NCBI GenBank assembly: GCA_049969475.1
Contig: JBMFOU010000014.1
Coordinates: 8,700-72,699 of the forward strand
Source of the DNA: Bacteroidales bacterium
GTDB taxonomy: Bacteria > Bacteroidota > Bacteroidia > Bacteroidales > TTA-H9
Length of the DNA stretch: 64,000 bases
Direction: 5' to 3'
The stretch's first letter is position 1, and every line of letters begins with the position of its first letter. The notes under the pieces were generated by a model. It had not been told where the DNA came from, did no database searches, and saw only the letters and a program-made list of their open reading frames with translations. Position numbers and translations under genes: made by a program. Positions 55,966 through 64,000 of the stretch are shown in pieces.

Positions 55966-56020
55966 AACATGAATTTTTTGTGAATTTGATGTTCGTTATG
56001 CTTGTTTGTGAATAACGGTG

Positions 56021-56028
56021 CAAATATA
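56021..56028 (-). promoter_or_regulatory. candidate -7 box (TATATTTG) for the receptor gene
   Basis: The reverse complement of caaatata matches TAnnTTTG. It lies 56-63 nt upstream of 55965. Confidence 0.4.
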
Positions 56029-56099
56029 GAAAGATTTAGTAATTTAGTTTTGTAAATGGATGTTTTTATCAGGAAAGCTGAGCTCTATACCCGGTTTTG

Positions 56100-56453
56100 T
56101 TAATGGAGAAAAGTCGAAAGTTCTTTTTTAAAAGCTTCAAAAGCTTTTTCAGTCTGATGAAAGCTTTCTATCAATTGTTGGCCCCACGGAGTTAGAAGAG
56201 CCTGACCACCCTGACGTCCTCCCCGGTGCAAGATCACAATTGGCTTCTGGGAGTATTGATTAATCAGGTTTATTTCCTGCCAGGCCTGACGATACGACAT
56301 TTTCATCTCAGTGGCCGCTTTTCGCAAAGAACCCAAATCTTTGATTTTAATCAGCAACTCAATACGTCCCTTGCCAAGCATAACCTTTTGGCCCAAACAC
56401 AACCATACCCGCCCATCGATAGAGAGTTGCATCGATTCGTCCTGATCTGTCAT
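56100..56453 (-). CDS. ModE N-terminal-domain-like winged-helix regulator (no Mop/TOBE domain)
   Basis: GKGRIELLIKIKDLGSLRKAATEMKMSYRQAWQEINLIN...GGRQGGQALLTPWGQQLI parallels the DNA-binding half of E. coli ModE as I recall it. It is only 117 aa. Confidence 0.7.
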   Translation of the reverse strand: MTDQDESMQLSIDGRVWLCLGQKVMLGKGRIELLIKIKDLGSLRKAATEMKMSYRQAWQEINLINQYSQKPIVILHRGGRQGGQALLTPWGQQLIESFHQTEKAFEAFKKELSTFLH

Positions 56454-56489
56454 GGATATTCCTGTCTGTTTTTGATTAGTCAGTGTAGC

Positions 56490-56921
56490 TTAATTTGGGT
56501 TTTGGGCTTCTCCCTGCTTTCGCAATTCATTGATTTCCTGCAACAGCAAGTCAAGTTTCTGTTTTATCTCAGCTACTTCTGCTTCGGTTTTTAAGTTGAT
56601 GTGATAGTCATTTTCGGCTCTAATCTCCGAATGCTTGCTGTCCAGGTTTTGGCCAACCATAATTAAAGGCATCAGAAATATCTGAATCATATTAGAGATG
56701 AATAACCAAAGCACAAAGGCGGGATAGGGATCGAAACGCAGGGGCGGTGGGGCCAAGGTATTGAATCCTAGCCATAAAAGGGTCCATAAACAAATAATGA
56801 AAAAGAATCCAATGGTCCCCACCCGATGAGTAAGCCATACAGCAAAGCGTTCGGCAACACTCAAGTTTTCCCTGTGTAGCTTAAACGTATTTATAGGTCT
56901 GTGAAGGGAGTTTTTATTCAT
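56490..56921 (-). CDS. DUF1003 family membrane protein
   Basis: It has two TM helices with FDPYPAFVLWLFISNMIQIFLMPLIMVGQN, followed by a coiled C-terminal tail. This matches my recollection of DUF1003. Confidence 0.6.
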   Translation of the reverse strand: MNKNSLHRPINTFKLHRENLSVAERFAVWLTHRVGTIGFFFIICLWTLLWLGFNTLAPPPLRFDPYPAFVLWLFISNMIQIFLMPLIMVGQNLDSKHSEIRAENDYHINLKTEAEVAEIKQKLDLLLQEINELRKQGEAQNPN

Positions 56922-57074
56922 ATCGCTTCTACGATTTACGGCTATAGATTTAACTATTTAAATTGCTATGTTTTGTGAATTTAAATCAGGTGCTCTTCAA
57001 AATAACTAATTGTCGAAGCTGACTTTTCCCTAACTGGAACTAAAAAATTTGCTATTAAAACAAACTGCAATATT

Positions 57075-58172
57075 TTAGAGGGTAAAGCCGAAAGATAGAT
57101 TCAGGTTACTGTATGAAGAGTAGCTGTAAAGGAGTCCTAGAATGATTTTTTCAAAGGTGAAGCTTATTCCGCCATCGAGGGCATAAGTGTTAAAGTTTCG
57201 ACTATAGCTGAATGGGTCGCTAAGATCTTTTACAATGACTTGGAAATGATTAGTGGGGTCGGTAGAATATATAGGATAGTTTCCTTTGAGACTCACCTTA
57301 GAATCTAGTAAATTATAACCACCCCCCACCATAATAGCCACAGCCCCTGAAGTTTTGAAAAGATAAAAACGCAGGGGGATACTCACCGATAATAGTTGGA
57401 GCTCCTGGTTATCGTAGGGTCCTTTGTCGCCGGAGGGACTGAAAGTGAGCCCCGCTTCATTGGGTTTTATTTCAAGATAGTTGCTTACCTTATTGTATCC
57501 ATATCCTCCTGAAAGGTAAAATTTGAGTCCTGTTGCATCCAAGTCTTTGAAAAGTGAGTTGAGATTATATTGCAACTGAAGGGAAATATTAAATAAGCCC
57601 ACGTTTCGGGGAGAATATTTTATGGGCGGGATAAACTTAAGGTCTATTAGGTTTCCATGGGAGGCACCAAACAAATGAAAGGCTGCATAGGGCATAATTC
57701 TCACTCCATATCCTTCCGGTGAATTCAGGGTTAGAACTGGACGAGTAGAGTAAAATGGGAAGGAACTTGACGGAACATAATATTTTTGTTGGGTCTGCAG
57801 GGGAATAGTGTTGGCACTGCCAGCGTATGTCTGGGCAATGGTGCGCTGGGGATCGGCTGGCTCAAATTCCGTGAGTTGCAAATCCATTATATTATATGTC
57901 AGGTCAGCAGAATTAACAATAGAAACTGAACTCGTGAGTCCAATGCCAAATTTTAGATCGTTAAGCTCCTGATGCAATAAGGGCATCAGGGAATTGTTTG
58001 CATTGTTAAGGGCCAGGGACTTTTCTACCGGCAGTGCATATGCCTTAATGATTTTGACTGCATCATCAACACTTCCTTTAACAAACTGGGGGGCCGTGCG
58101 CATCTGAGCCATGACCATTGCACTCGACAGCAAGCAAGCCGAAATTACTATCGTTTGAATGTTTCTTTTCAT
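57075..58172 (-). CDS. hypothetical outer-membrane protein
   Basis: It has a signal peptide (SAMVMAQ), is 365 aa and beta-rich, and ends in the terminal strand LNLSFGFTL. I recognised no family. Confidence 0.45.
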   Translation of the reverse strand: MKRNIQTIVISACLLSSAMVMAQMRTAPQFVKGSVDDAVKIIKAYALPVEKSLALNNANNSLMPLLHQELNDLKFGIGLTSSVSIVNSADLTYNIMDLQLTEFEPADPQRTIAQTYAGSANTIPLQTQQKYYVPSSSFPFYSTRPVLTLNSPEGYGVRIMPYAAFHLFGASHGNLIDLKFIPPIKYSPRNVGLFNISLQLQYNLNSLFKDLDATGLKFYLSGGYGYNKVSNYLEIKPNEAGLTFSPSGDKGPYDNQELQLLSVSIPLRFYLFKTSGAVAIMVGGGYNLLDSKVSLKGNYPIYSTDPTNHFQVIVKDLSDPFSYSRNFNTYALDGGISFTFEKIILGLLYSYSSYSNLNLSFGFTL

Positions 58173-58196
58173 AATTATTTTTTTTAGGGGAACTGC

Positions 58197-58583
58197 TCAA
58201 TTTTTTGTAGCCTCTTTAAATTCTACGATTAATCCTTTGATAATTATAGATTTGCGGTAAAAGAAAGGGAAAAAGCCGGAATGCCGCGTCTCCGGTGTTA
58301 AATAAACAACTGCCTTTGACTGGCCTTGTAGCTCGGCATTGTCATATAATTCACTCATCGCATTTCCCATAAGCGCTCGGTGCGAAAAGCCACCGATTCC
58401 TAAAACATAATTTGCTGATGCCTGTCCCTCCACTTTTCCAATGATGGTAAAATTTCCTTCGCCCAGTTCTACATTTGTTGTGTTAGAGTTTAAATTCGCA
58501 TAAGGGGTCCAGTAAATGGCACAGCTGTTCAGGAATAAAGCCATGAAAATTATTATTATACTCGACCACTTACTCATATTCAT
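58197..58583 (-). CDS. hypothetical small lipoprotein
   Basis: It has a lipobox (ALFLNSCA) and is about 128 aa measured from the ATG at 58583. It lies immediately upstream of, and co-directional with, the OMP gene. Confidence 0.5.
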   Translation of the reverse strand: MNMSKWSSIIIIFMALFLNSCAIYWTPYANLNSNTTNVELGEGNFTIIGKVEGQASANYVLGIGGFSHRALMGNAMSELYDNAELQGQSKAVVYLTPETRHSGFFPFFYRKSIIIKGLIVEFKEATKN

Positions 58584-58720
58584 AGGTTCAGATTTTAGAG
58601 AGATGAATGCAAATATAATAATAAATTTTTTGTAGTTCCAAACCATGAACTTTGTTTAATTTTTTTCTCTAAAGATTAAACAATTTTTGATCTCTCGGTG
58701 TTTTTTTAAAAAAAATTGAA

Positions 58721-59416
58721 ATGAAAAACTATTTAGTCGTAGGTGCCTCGTCGGGAATCGGGAACCAGATTACCCGTTTATTATCTGAAATGGGGCATCA
58801 TGTTTGGGGTACTTATTACAAGAATCAACCCAACGAGAGTATGGAAGGTGTCAAATGGTTGCAGTGGTTGGCCGATGAACCTTTCGATGCAACATCACTT
58901 CCAGAAATTTTACATGGCTTGGTTTATTGTGTTGGAGCCATTCCTCTTAAGTCATTCCAAAGTACAACAGAACGTGATTTTATTGATGACTTCTCTGTGC
59001 AAGTTGTTGGGGCTACAAGAGTATTACGTGCCACGCTTTCCCGGTTAAAAGCAGCGGAAAAAGCCTCTGTAGTTTTATTTTCCACCGTAGCGGTACAAAC
59101 AGGTATCCCTTTTCATAGTGTTGTTTCGGCCTCTAAAGGAGCCATTGAGGGACTTACTCGTTCTTTGGCAGCCGAATGGGCTCCTCGCATCAGAGTAAAT
59201 GCTATTGCCCCATCGTTGACCGATACCCCTTTGGCCTCCCGTTTGCTGGCCGGTGATGAAAAACGTAAGGCCGCAGCCGAACGGCACCCGCTCCGAAGGG
59301 TAGGAACAGCCCTCGATCAAGCCCAGGCAGCTGTGTTTCTGCTCACCGATGCTTCGTCGTGGATTACTGGACAAATTTTGCATGTGGATGGTGGATTCTC
59401 CAACCTTAAAGTGTAA
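58721..59416 (+). CDS. short-chain dehydrogenase/reductase (SDR)
   Basis: It has the VVGASSGIG cofactor motif and a catalytic S...K segment (SASKGAIEGL). Length is 231 aa. Confidence 0.85.
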   Translation: MKNYLVVGASSGIGNQITRLLSEMGHHVWGTYYKNQPNESMEGVKWLQWLADEPFDATSLPEILHGLVYCVGAIPLKSFQSTTERDFIDDFSVQVVGATRVLRATLSRLKAAEKASVVLFSTVAVQTGIPFHSVVSASKGAIEGLTRSLAAEWAPRIRVNAIAPSLTDTPLASRLLAGDEKRKAAAERHPLRRVGTALDQAQAAVFLLTDASSWITGQILHVDGGFSNLKV

Positions 59417-59420
59417 CAAC

Positions 59421-59882
59421 ATGGCTTTTTATCAGTTGAAATTTACCCAGTTTCTTCCGGCACCTACCGACCAGGTTTGGGATTTTATTGCTACACCAAG
59501 GAATTTGAAAAGAATTACCCCCTCCTATATGGGCTTCGATATTCTGACGAAGGAACTGTCCGAAAAAATGTATCAGGGCATGATGATTGCCTATACTGTA
59601 AGGCCGGTTTTGCATATACCCTTGACCTGGGTAACAGAAATCACTCACATTAGGGAAGGATACTATTTTGTGGATGAACAGCGTGTGGGGCCCTATACGC
59701 TGTGGCACCATGAACACCGAATAGTGCCCGTGCAAGGGGGTACTCTCATGCACGACCTTGTTTCTTATGTTCCGCCCCTGGGTTGGCTGGGTCAGTGGAT
59801 GCATCCGTGGCTGATTCGTCCACGACTAAATGAAATTTTTGAATTTAGGCGCATAGCACTGGAGGATATCTTTGGAAAGTGA
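59421..59882 (+). CDS. SRPBCC (START/Bet v1-like) ligand-binding domain protein
   Basis: It is 153 aa from the ATG at 59421, which is 4 nt after the SDR stop. WVTEITHIREGYYFVDEQRVGPYTLWHHEHR is typical of the COG4276-type SRPBCC proteins found next to photolyase-related genes. Confidence 0.7.
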   Translation: MAFYQLKFTQFLPAPTDQVWDFIATPRNLKRITPSYMGFDILTKELSEKMYQGMMIAYTVRPVLHIPLTWVTEITHIREGYYFVDEQRVGPYTLWHHEHRIVPVQGGTLMHDLVSYVPPLGWLGQWMHPWLIRPRLNEIFEFRRIALEDIFGK

Positions 59883-61341
59883 AGTATATCTAGTTTTTCC
59901 GCATCAACTTTTCAGCCAATTATCTATAGAATCCGTACCTGAGGTATGGCTTGTTGAAGAATACCTTTTTTTCAGGCAATTACCTTTTCATCCGCTCAAG
60001 CTTGTCTTCCATCGGGCTTCAATGAAAGCCTTCGCAGAATTTCTGCAAAAACAGGGAATTAACGTATTTTATGTTGACTCGGGCAAACCAGGCTCAGATG
60101 TGAGAAAACTCCCCGAAGTTTTGCATCAAAGAAATATTCGGCGCGTTCATATATACCAGCTGATGGATCATTGGTTGGAAAAAAGGCTTCATCGGGGTCT
60201 TTCAGCTTATGATATTTCATTTACTCAGCATCCCAATCCGGGTTTTTTAGGAGCCTGGCCTGAGCTGGAAAATACCCTGAGAAATGGTAGTTATTTTCAA
60301 ACCTCATTTTATCAGCAGCACAGGAAGCGGCTGGGCCTACTTATGGATGACCATGGAAAACCCCTGGGCGGCCGCTGGAGTTTTGATCAGGAAAACAGAA
60401 AGCGCTGGCCCAAAGGTCGTACGGTACCTCCAATTATGTTTCCACCCGCCGATGAGTATTGGCAAGAAGCCACTCGCTACGTAAAAGATCATTTCGGCAC
60501 AGACTTAAACTTGGGAAATACCCCTGTTTATCCTCATACTCATGCGCAGGCTCAAGAGTGGCTTGATGATTTTTTGAGCAGCCGATGGGTGGGCTTTGGC
60601 ACCTGGCAGGATGCCATAGTTAGCGGACAATCGTTTTTACACCATTCTCTTTTATCTGTTTTACTAAACACTGGACTGCTTACTCCCCATCTAGTGCTCG
60701 AGCGTGCAATGAGCTACGCGTCAGAGCGGGAAATTCCCCTCAACGACGTGGAAGGTTTTATGCGACAGATTATTGGCTGGAGGGAATTTGTAGCTGCCGT
60801 TTATTTGAAGGAAGGCATCGCCCAGCGCACCCGCAATTTCTGGAATTTCACCCGTCCTATGCCGCAGTCATTTTATGAGGGTCGAACGGGCCTCCTGCCT
60901 TTTGATGAGGCCTTCAAACGTTTAAAGAAAACTGCCTATTCACATCACATTGAGCGCCTCATGATATTTGGCAACCTCATGCTTCTTTGCGAAATTCATC
61001 CGGATGAAGTCTATCGCTGGTTCATGCAGCATTTTATCGATGCTTACGATTGGGTGATGGTTCCTAATGTTTACGGGATGAGTCAGTATGCCGATGGGGG
61101 GCTTTTGACCACCAAACCTTATATCAGTGCCAGTACTTATTTGCTCAGAATGTCAGATTATCCCGGAGGCTCATGGACTGAGATATGGGATGGATTGTTC
61201 TGGCGATTTTTAAATAAGCACCGAAATTTTTTTGTGCAAAATCCCCGAATGGGTATTCTTATAAAAACTTTTGACCAGATGCCTGTTGAGAGACAACATT
61301 TCCTACTGAATAGAGCGGATAATTATCTGGGTACTCTATAG
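59872..61341 (+). CDS. cryptochrome/photolyase-family protein of the photolyase-related (DPRP, FeS-BCP-like) type
   Basis: The blocks FYQQHRKRLGLLMD, GGRWSFDQENRK, FMRQIIGWREF, HHIERLMIFGN and NVYGMSQYADGG are present. The start is apparently the TTG at 59872, overlapping the upstream gene by 11 nt. Confidence 0.8.
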   Translation: MESEVYLVFPHQLFSQLSIESVPEVWLVEEYLFFRQLPFHPLKLVFHRASMKAFAEFLQKQGINVFYVDSGKPGSDVRKLPEVLHQRNIRRVHIYQLMDHWLEKRLHRGLSAYDISFTQHPNPGFLGAWPELENTLRNGSYFQTSFYQQHRKRLGLLMDDHGKPLGGRWSFDQENRKRWPKGRTVPPIMFPPADEYWQEATRYVKDHFGTDLNLGNTPVYPHTHAQAQEWLDDFLSSRWVGFGTWQDAIVSGQSFLHHSLLSVLLNTGLLTPHLVLERAMSYASEREIPLNDVEGFMRQIIGWREFVAAVYLKEGIAQRTRNFWNFTRPMPQSFYEGRTGLLPFDEAFKRLKKTAYSHHIERLMIFGNLMLLCEIHPDEVYRWFMQHFIDAYDWVMVPNVYGMSQYADGGLLTTKPYISASTYLLRMSDYPGGSWTEIWDGLFWRFLNKHRNFFVQNPRMGILIKTFDQMPVERQHFLLNRADNYLGTL

Positions 61342-61379
61342 GGCGGGTGATTTGATAATCAGTATTTCCTGATTTAAAG

Positions 61380-61479
61380 ATGGCGGGTTTACTGTGTAAA
61401 GGGCGCCAAAAAATGAAATCTATTTTCATAATTTCGCCCTTGTAAATTCATGTTTCACTTACTAAAGTAAACCCGCTAT
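61380..61479 (+). promoter_or_regulatory. nested RNA stem-loop structure spanning the leader and start codon of the acyl-CoA synthetase gene
   Basis: The outer stem is gcgggtttact (61383-61393) with agtaaacccgc (61466-61476), 11 bp, extendable to 61380/61479. The middle stem is aagggcg (61399-61405) with cgccctt (61435-61441). The inner stem is atgaaa (61413-61418) with tttcat (61424-61429). Confidence 0.4.
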
Positions 61480-63538
61480 GATTAACAACCAACTGATAAA
61501 GCCCCGAAGTATTGTGGTGGTGGGTGCCAGCAACGATGTTTCCAAACCCGGTGGCAAAGTTTTGAAAAATATTCTGGACCATCATTTTGAAGGGCAAGTA
61601 TATGCAGTGAATCCCAAAGAGAGTACTATTCAGGGCATAGCCTGCCATGCAGACGTGAGCTTATTACCCGAAGTAGACTTGGCCATTCTGGCCATACCGG
61701 CTCGTTTTTGTCCGGCAGCGGTGGAGGAGCTCGCCATGCGAAAAAATACCCGGGCCTTCATCATTCTATCGGCGGGTTTTCATGAAGAAAGTGAGGAAGG
61801 CGCAAGGCTGGAGCAGGAAATCGTGCGGATTGTAGACTCCGTAGGCGGTTGCCTGATAGGGCCCAACTGTATTGGAGTAATGACCCCTTGGCATGCTTCG
61901 GTTTTCACCACACCTATACCCAAACTAGAGTCTCAGGGGGTGGATTTTATCTCTGGTTCTGGTGCTACAGCCGTGTTTATCATGGAAAGTGCTATTCCCA
62001 ACGGGCTTACCTTCTCGAGCGTGTTTTCGGTGGGCAACAGTGCCCAGATAGGGGTGGAAGAGGTGCTTGAATATATGGACATCACCTTCGATCCGGATAA
62101 AAGCAGCCGCGTGAAGCTTTTGTATATCGAGAGCATCAGCAAACCGGAGAAATTACTCAGGCATGCCACATCGCTTATTAGCAAGGGATGTCGTATCGCA
62201 GCGATTAAGTCTGGCACTTCCCAGGCAGGAAGCAGGGCTGCTTCTTCTCATACGGGCGCGCTGGCCAGCAGCGATACAGCGGTTGATGCCCTACTGCGCA
62301 AAGCTGGCATTGTGCGTTGCCACAGTCGGCAAGAGTTGGCCACCGTGGCAGGAATATTCATGCACAAACCTCTGCCTGGTAACCGCATAGCTATCATCAC
62401 CCATGCGGGGGGGCCTGCCGTAATGCTTACGGATGCCCTGGCCAATAATGGTATGGAAATTCCCCGACTCGAAAGCACGGAGCTTCTCGCCAAACTCTTT
62501 CCGGGTTCCTCCGTGGCCAATCCCATCGATTTCCTTGCTACAGGCACGGCCTCTCAGCTAGCGGACATTATTGATTATTGTGATCAGAAATTCGACAATA
62601 TTGACGCAATGGCTGTCATCTTTGGTAGCCCGGGCCTCTTTGAGGTGTACGACGTGTACAAGGTGCTGCACGAAAAAATGATGACCTGTCGTAAGCCCAT
62701 TTTCCCCATCCTTCCCTCAGTAATCAATGTGAAAAGGGAGATCGAATATTTTATCTCCCTCGGTCATATCAATTTCCCGGATGAAGTAGTATTCGGAACT
62801 GCCCTGGCTAAGGTCTATCATACGCCTGCACCGGTGGAAGTTGCTGAAGAGATGGAGGTTGATTATGAAAAAATCAGAAGCGTTATTGAAACTTCCGGGG
62901 AAGGATACCTGAAACCCTCCGCAGTGCAAGCCCTGCTCGACGCTGCCTGTATTAACAGGGCGAAAGAATATGTGGTAACCAGTGAATCGCAGGCATTAGA
63001 TGCAGCCCGGAAGGCAGGTTTTCCTGTGGTCATGAAGGTGGTTGGGCCGGTGCACAAGAGCGACGTGGGAGGTGTGGTATTAAACGTAAAAGATGAGGAA
63101 TCAGTCCGGCTTCACTTCCATCGGATCATGGAAATCAAGGATGCTACGGGCGTACTCATACAGCCTATGCTCAGCGGCAGTGAGCTCTTTATTGGTGCCA
63201 CCGTCGAGGGTAATTTCGGCCATCTCGTCATGTGTGGGCTCGGTGGCATCCTCATTGAAGTGATGAAAGATTTCAGCACCGGCCTCGTTCCTCTGAGTAG
63301 GGAGGAAGCCCGGCGCATGGTGCACAACCTCAGAGGATACCCTATTTTTAAAGGCATTCGTGGAAAAGAAGGTATTAACGAGGATAAATTTATCGATACC
63401 CTATTGCGGGTATCTGCTTTGCTCAAAGCAGCCCCCGAAATTACCGAGATGGACCTCAATCCTTTGCTGGGAAATTTGCAAGACGTGACAGTGGTGGACG
63501 CCCGAATTAAAATATTGAAAAACAACGCATCGGCATAA
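61478..63538 (+). CDS. ADP-forming acetyl/acyl-CoA synthetase (fused alpha-beta; CoA-binding, ligase-CoA and ATP-grasp domains)
   Basis: It has IVVVGASND (CoA-binding), the phosphohistidine loop ASSHTGALASS, and a C-terminal ATP-grasp block (GFPVVMKVVGPVHKSDVGGV). Length is 686 aa. Confidence 0.85.
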   Translation: MINNQLIKPRSIVVVGASNDVSKPGGKVLKNILDHHFEGQVYAVNPKESTIQGIACHADVSLLPEVDLAILAIPARFCPAAVEELAMRKNTRAFIILSAGFHEESEEGARLEQEIVRIVDSVGGCLIGPNCIGVMTPWHASVFTTPIPKLESQGVDFISGSGATAVFIMESAIPNGLTFSSVFSVGNSAQIGVEEVLEYMDITFDPDKSSRVKLLYIESISKPEKLLRHATSLISKGCRIAAIKSGTSQAGSRAASSHTGALASSDTAVDALLRKAGIVRCHSRQELATVAGIFMHKPLPGNRIAIITHAGGPAVMLTDALANNGMEIPRLESTELLAKLFPGSSVANPIDFLATGTASQLADIIDYCDQKFDNIDAMAVIFGSPGLFEVYDVYKVLHEKMMTCRKPIFPILPSVINVKREIEYFISLGHINFPDEVVFGTALAKVYHTPAPVEVAEEMEVDYEKIRSVIETSGEGYLKPSAVQALLDAACINRAKEYVVTSESQALDAARKAGFPVVMKVVGPVHKSDVGGVVLNVKDEESVRLHFHRIMEIKDATGVLIQPMLSGSELFIGATVEGNFGHLVMCGLGGILIEVMKDFSTGLVPLSREEARRMVHNLRGYPIFKGIRGKEGINEDKFIDTLLRVSALLKAAPEITEMDLNPLLGNLQDVTVVDARIKILKNNASA

Positions 63539-63575
63539 AGCTGACGTATCTTTGCATTATCTAATTTTATCTACC

Positions 63576-64000
63576 GTGAGTATTAAAAAGATTCTGCTAA
63601 CCTTGCTCTTTGCCTTCTTTCTTGCCTTCGGCTATGCCCAGCAACGACTGATCGAAGACGTGGTATTCCTGAAAAACGGCTCGGTGGTCAGGGGGCTGAT
63701 CGTAGAGGAAACACCTCTGGTTTCGCTGAAGATTCAAACGGCCGACCGTAGTATATTTGTTTTCCGTCTCGATGAAATAGAAAAAATCGAGCATGTATAC
63801 GATTTCAAACCTCCGCATCCACCCCGTCCGGGAATATTGCCTGAAAAACCAGCAGGAGGCCCGGATTTATCCGAAGAGTCTCCAATTGCCTGGAATATGG
63901 GAGTGGAATACACCTATGGCGGATCCCTGCGAAACACTGAAGTAAGCAATTTTCATGGTTTGTATGGCCTGATTGGTTACTATCTGACCCCTCGCCTGAC
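63576..64000 (+). CDS. hypothetical exported protein, N-terminal part (3' end lies outside the window)
   Basis: It is absent from the ORF track because no stop is reached. A GTG at 63576 opens a frame encoding VSIKKILLTLLFAFFLAFGYAQQ (signal peptide), then LIEDVVFLKNGSVVRGLIVEE, and stays open to base 64000. Confidence 0.5.
   Translation, partial: MSIKKILLTLLFAFFLAFGYAQQRLIEDVVFLKNGSVVRGLIVEETPLVSLKIQTADRSIFVFRLDEIEKIEHVYDFKPPHPPRPGILPEKPAGGPDLSEESPIAWNMGVEYTYGGSLRNTEVSNFHGLYGLIGYYLTPRL

Noticed and set aside
53980-58646. An impression of a low-GC island covering the receptor, ModE-like, DUF1003 and the two hypothetical envelope genes.
   Set aside because: My hand counts of single 60-nt lines ranged from about 27% to 57% GC inside this span. 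SusC lines elsewhere are equally low. The OMP amino-acid composition (N, K, Y, S, T) explains much of it. I cannot support the claim without a computed sliding-window GC and codon-usage analysis, and I saw no flanking repeats or integrase.
1-64000. I looked for CRISPR arrays, long tandem or inverted repeats, insertion sequences, integrases, phage or defence-system genes, and rRNA.
   Set aside because: I found none by reading the ORF translations and the intergenic regions. The only repeats seen are the short motifs and intragenic domain duplications reported above.

Overview
This window is a chromosomal segment of a Bacteroidota genome. The evidence is a SusC/SusD pair, two proteins with T9SS C-terminal sorting domains, a GldB-like lipoprotein, and TAnnTTTG -7 promoter boxes upstream of many genes. 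I call about 53 protein-coding genes (two truncated by the window edges), one tRNA-Pro(GGG), about eleven hairpin terminators and a set of candidate promoters. I saw no rRNA, CRISPR array, transposase, integrase, phage or recognisable defence genes.

Gene content by region:
- 0-27 kb and 47-64 kb are mostly ordinary housekeeping and envelope genes: yebC, a fused formimidoyltransferase-cyclodeaminase, nadE-maf-DUF502-surE-lpxB, sucC, slyD, trxB, an ADP-forming acyl-CoA synthetase, sensor kinases, TonB-dependent receptors and small beta-barrel OMPs.
- 28.1-46.5 kb is the stand-out. A DeoR regulator and a DMT permease sit divergent from a tightly packed 16-kb + strand gene string. That string joins an Aga-type amino-sugar/tagatose-6-phosphate catabolic set (AgaS, KbaZ-like, PfkB kinase, class II aldolase) to a signal-peptide amidohydrolase, a lipoprotein alpha-galactosidase-like hydrolase, SusC, SusD, a PKD surface lipoprotein and a 1074-aa T9SS-secreted multidomain enzyme of an uncharacterised DUF family.

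I interpret the 28.1-46.5 kb region as a candidate, apparently undescribed, polysaccharide utilization system for a galactosamine-type glycan under DeoR control. A CTTnCGAAAT motif shared by the agaS and susC upstream regions supports common control.

Secondary curiosities:
- a nested roughly 100-nt RNA structure that pairs with the start codon of the acyl-CoA synthetase gene
- a photolyase-related protein with almost no cysteine, in an SDR-SRPBCC operon
- a carboxyltransferase without a biotin domain, coupled to a MarC protein
- a regulator consisting only of a ModE N-terminal domain, upstream of a TonB-dependent receptor

All functional calls come from reading the motifs by eye. No database search was possible.
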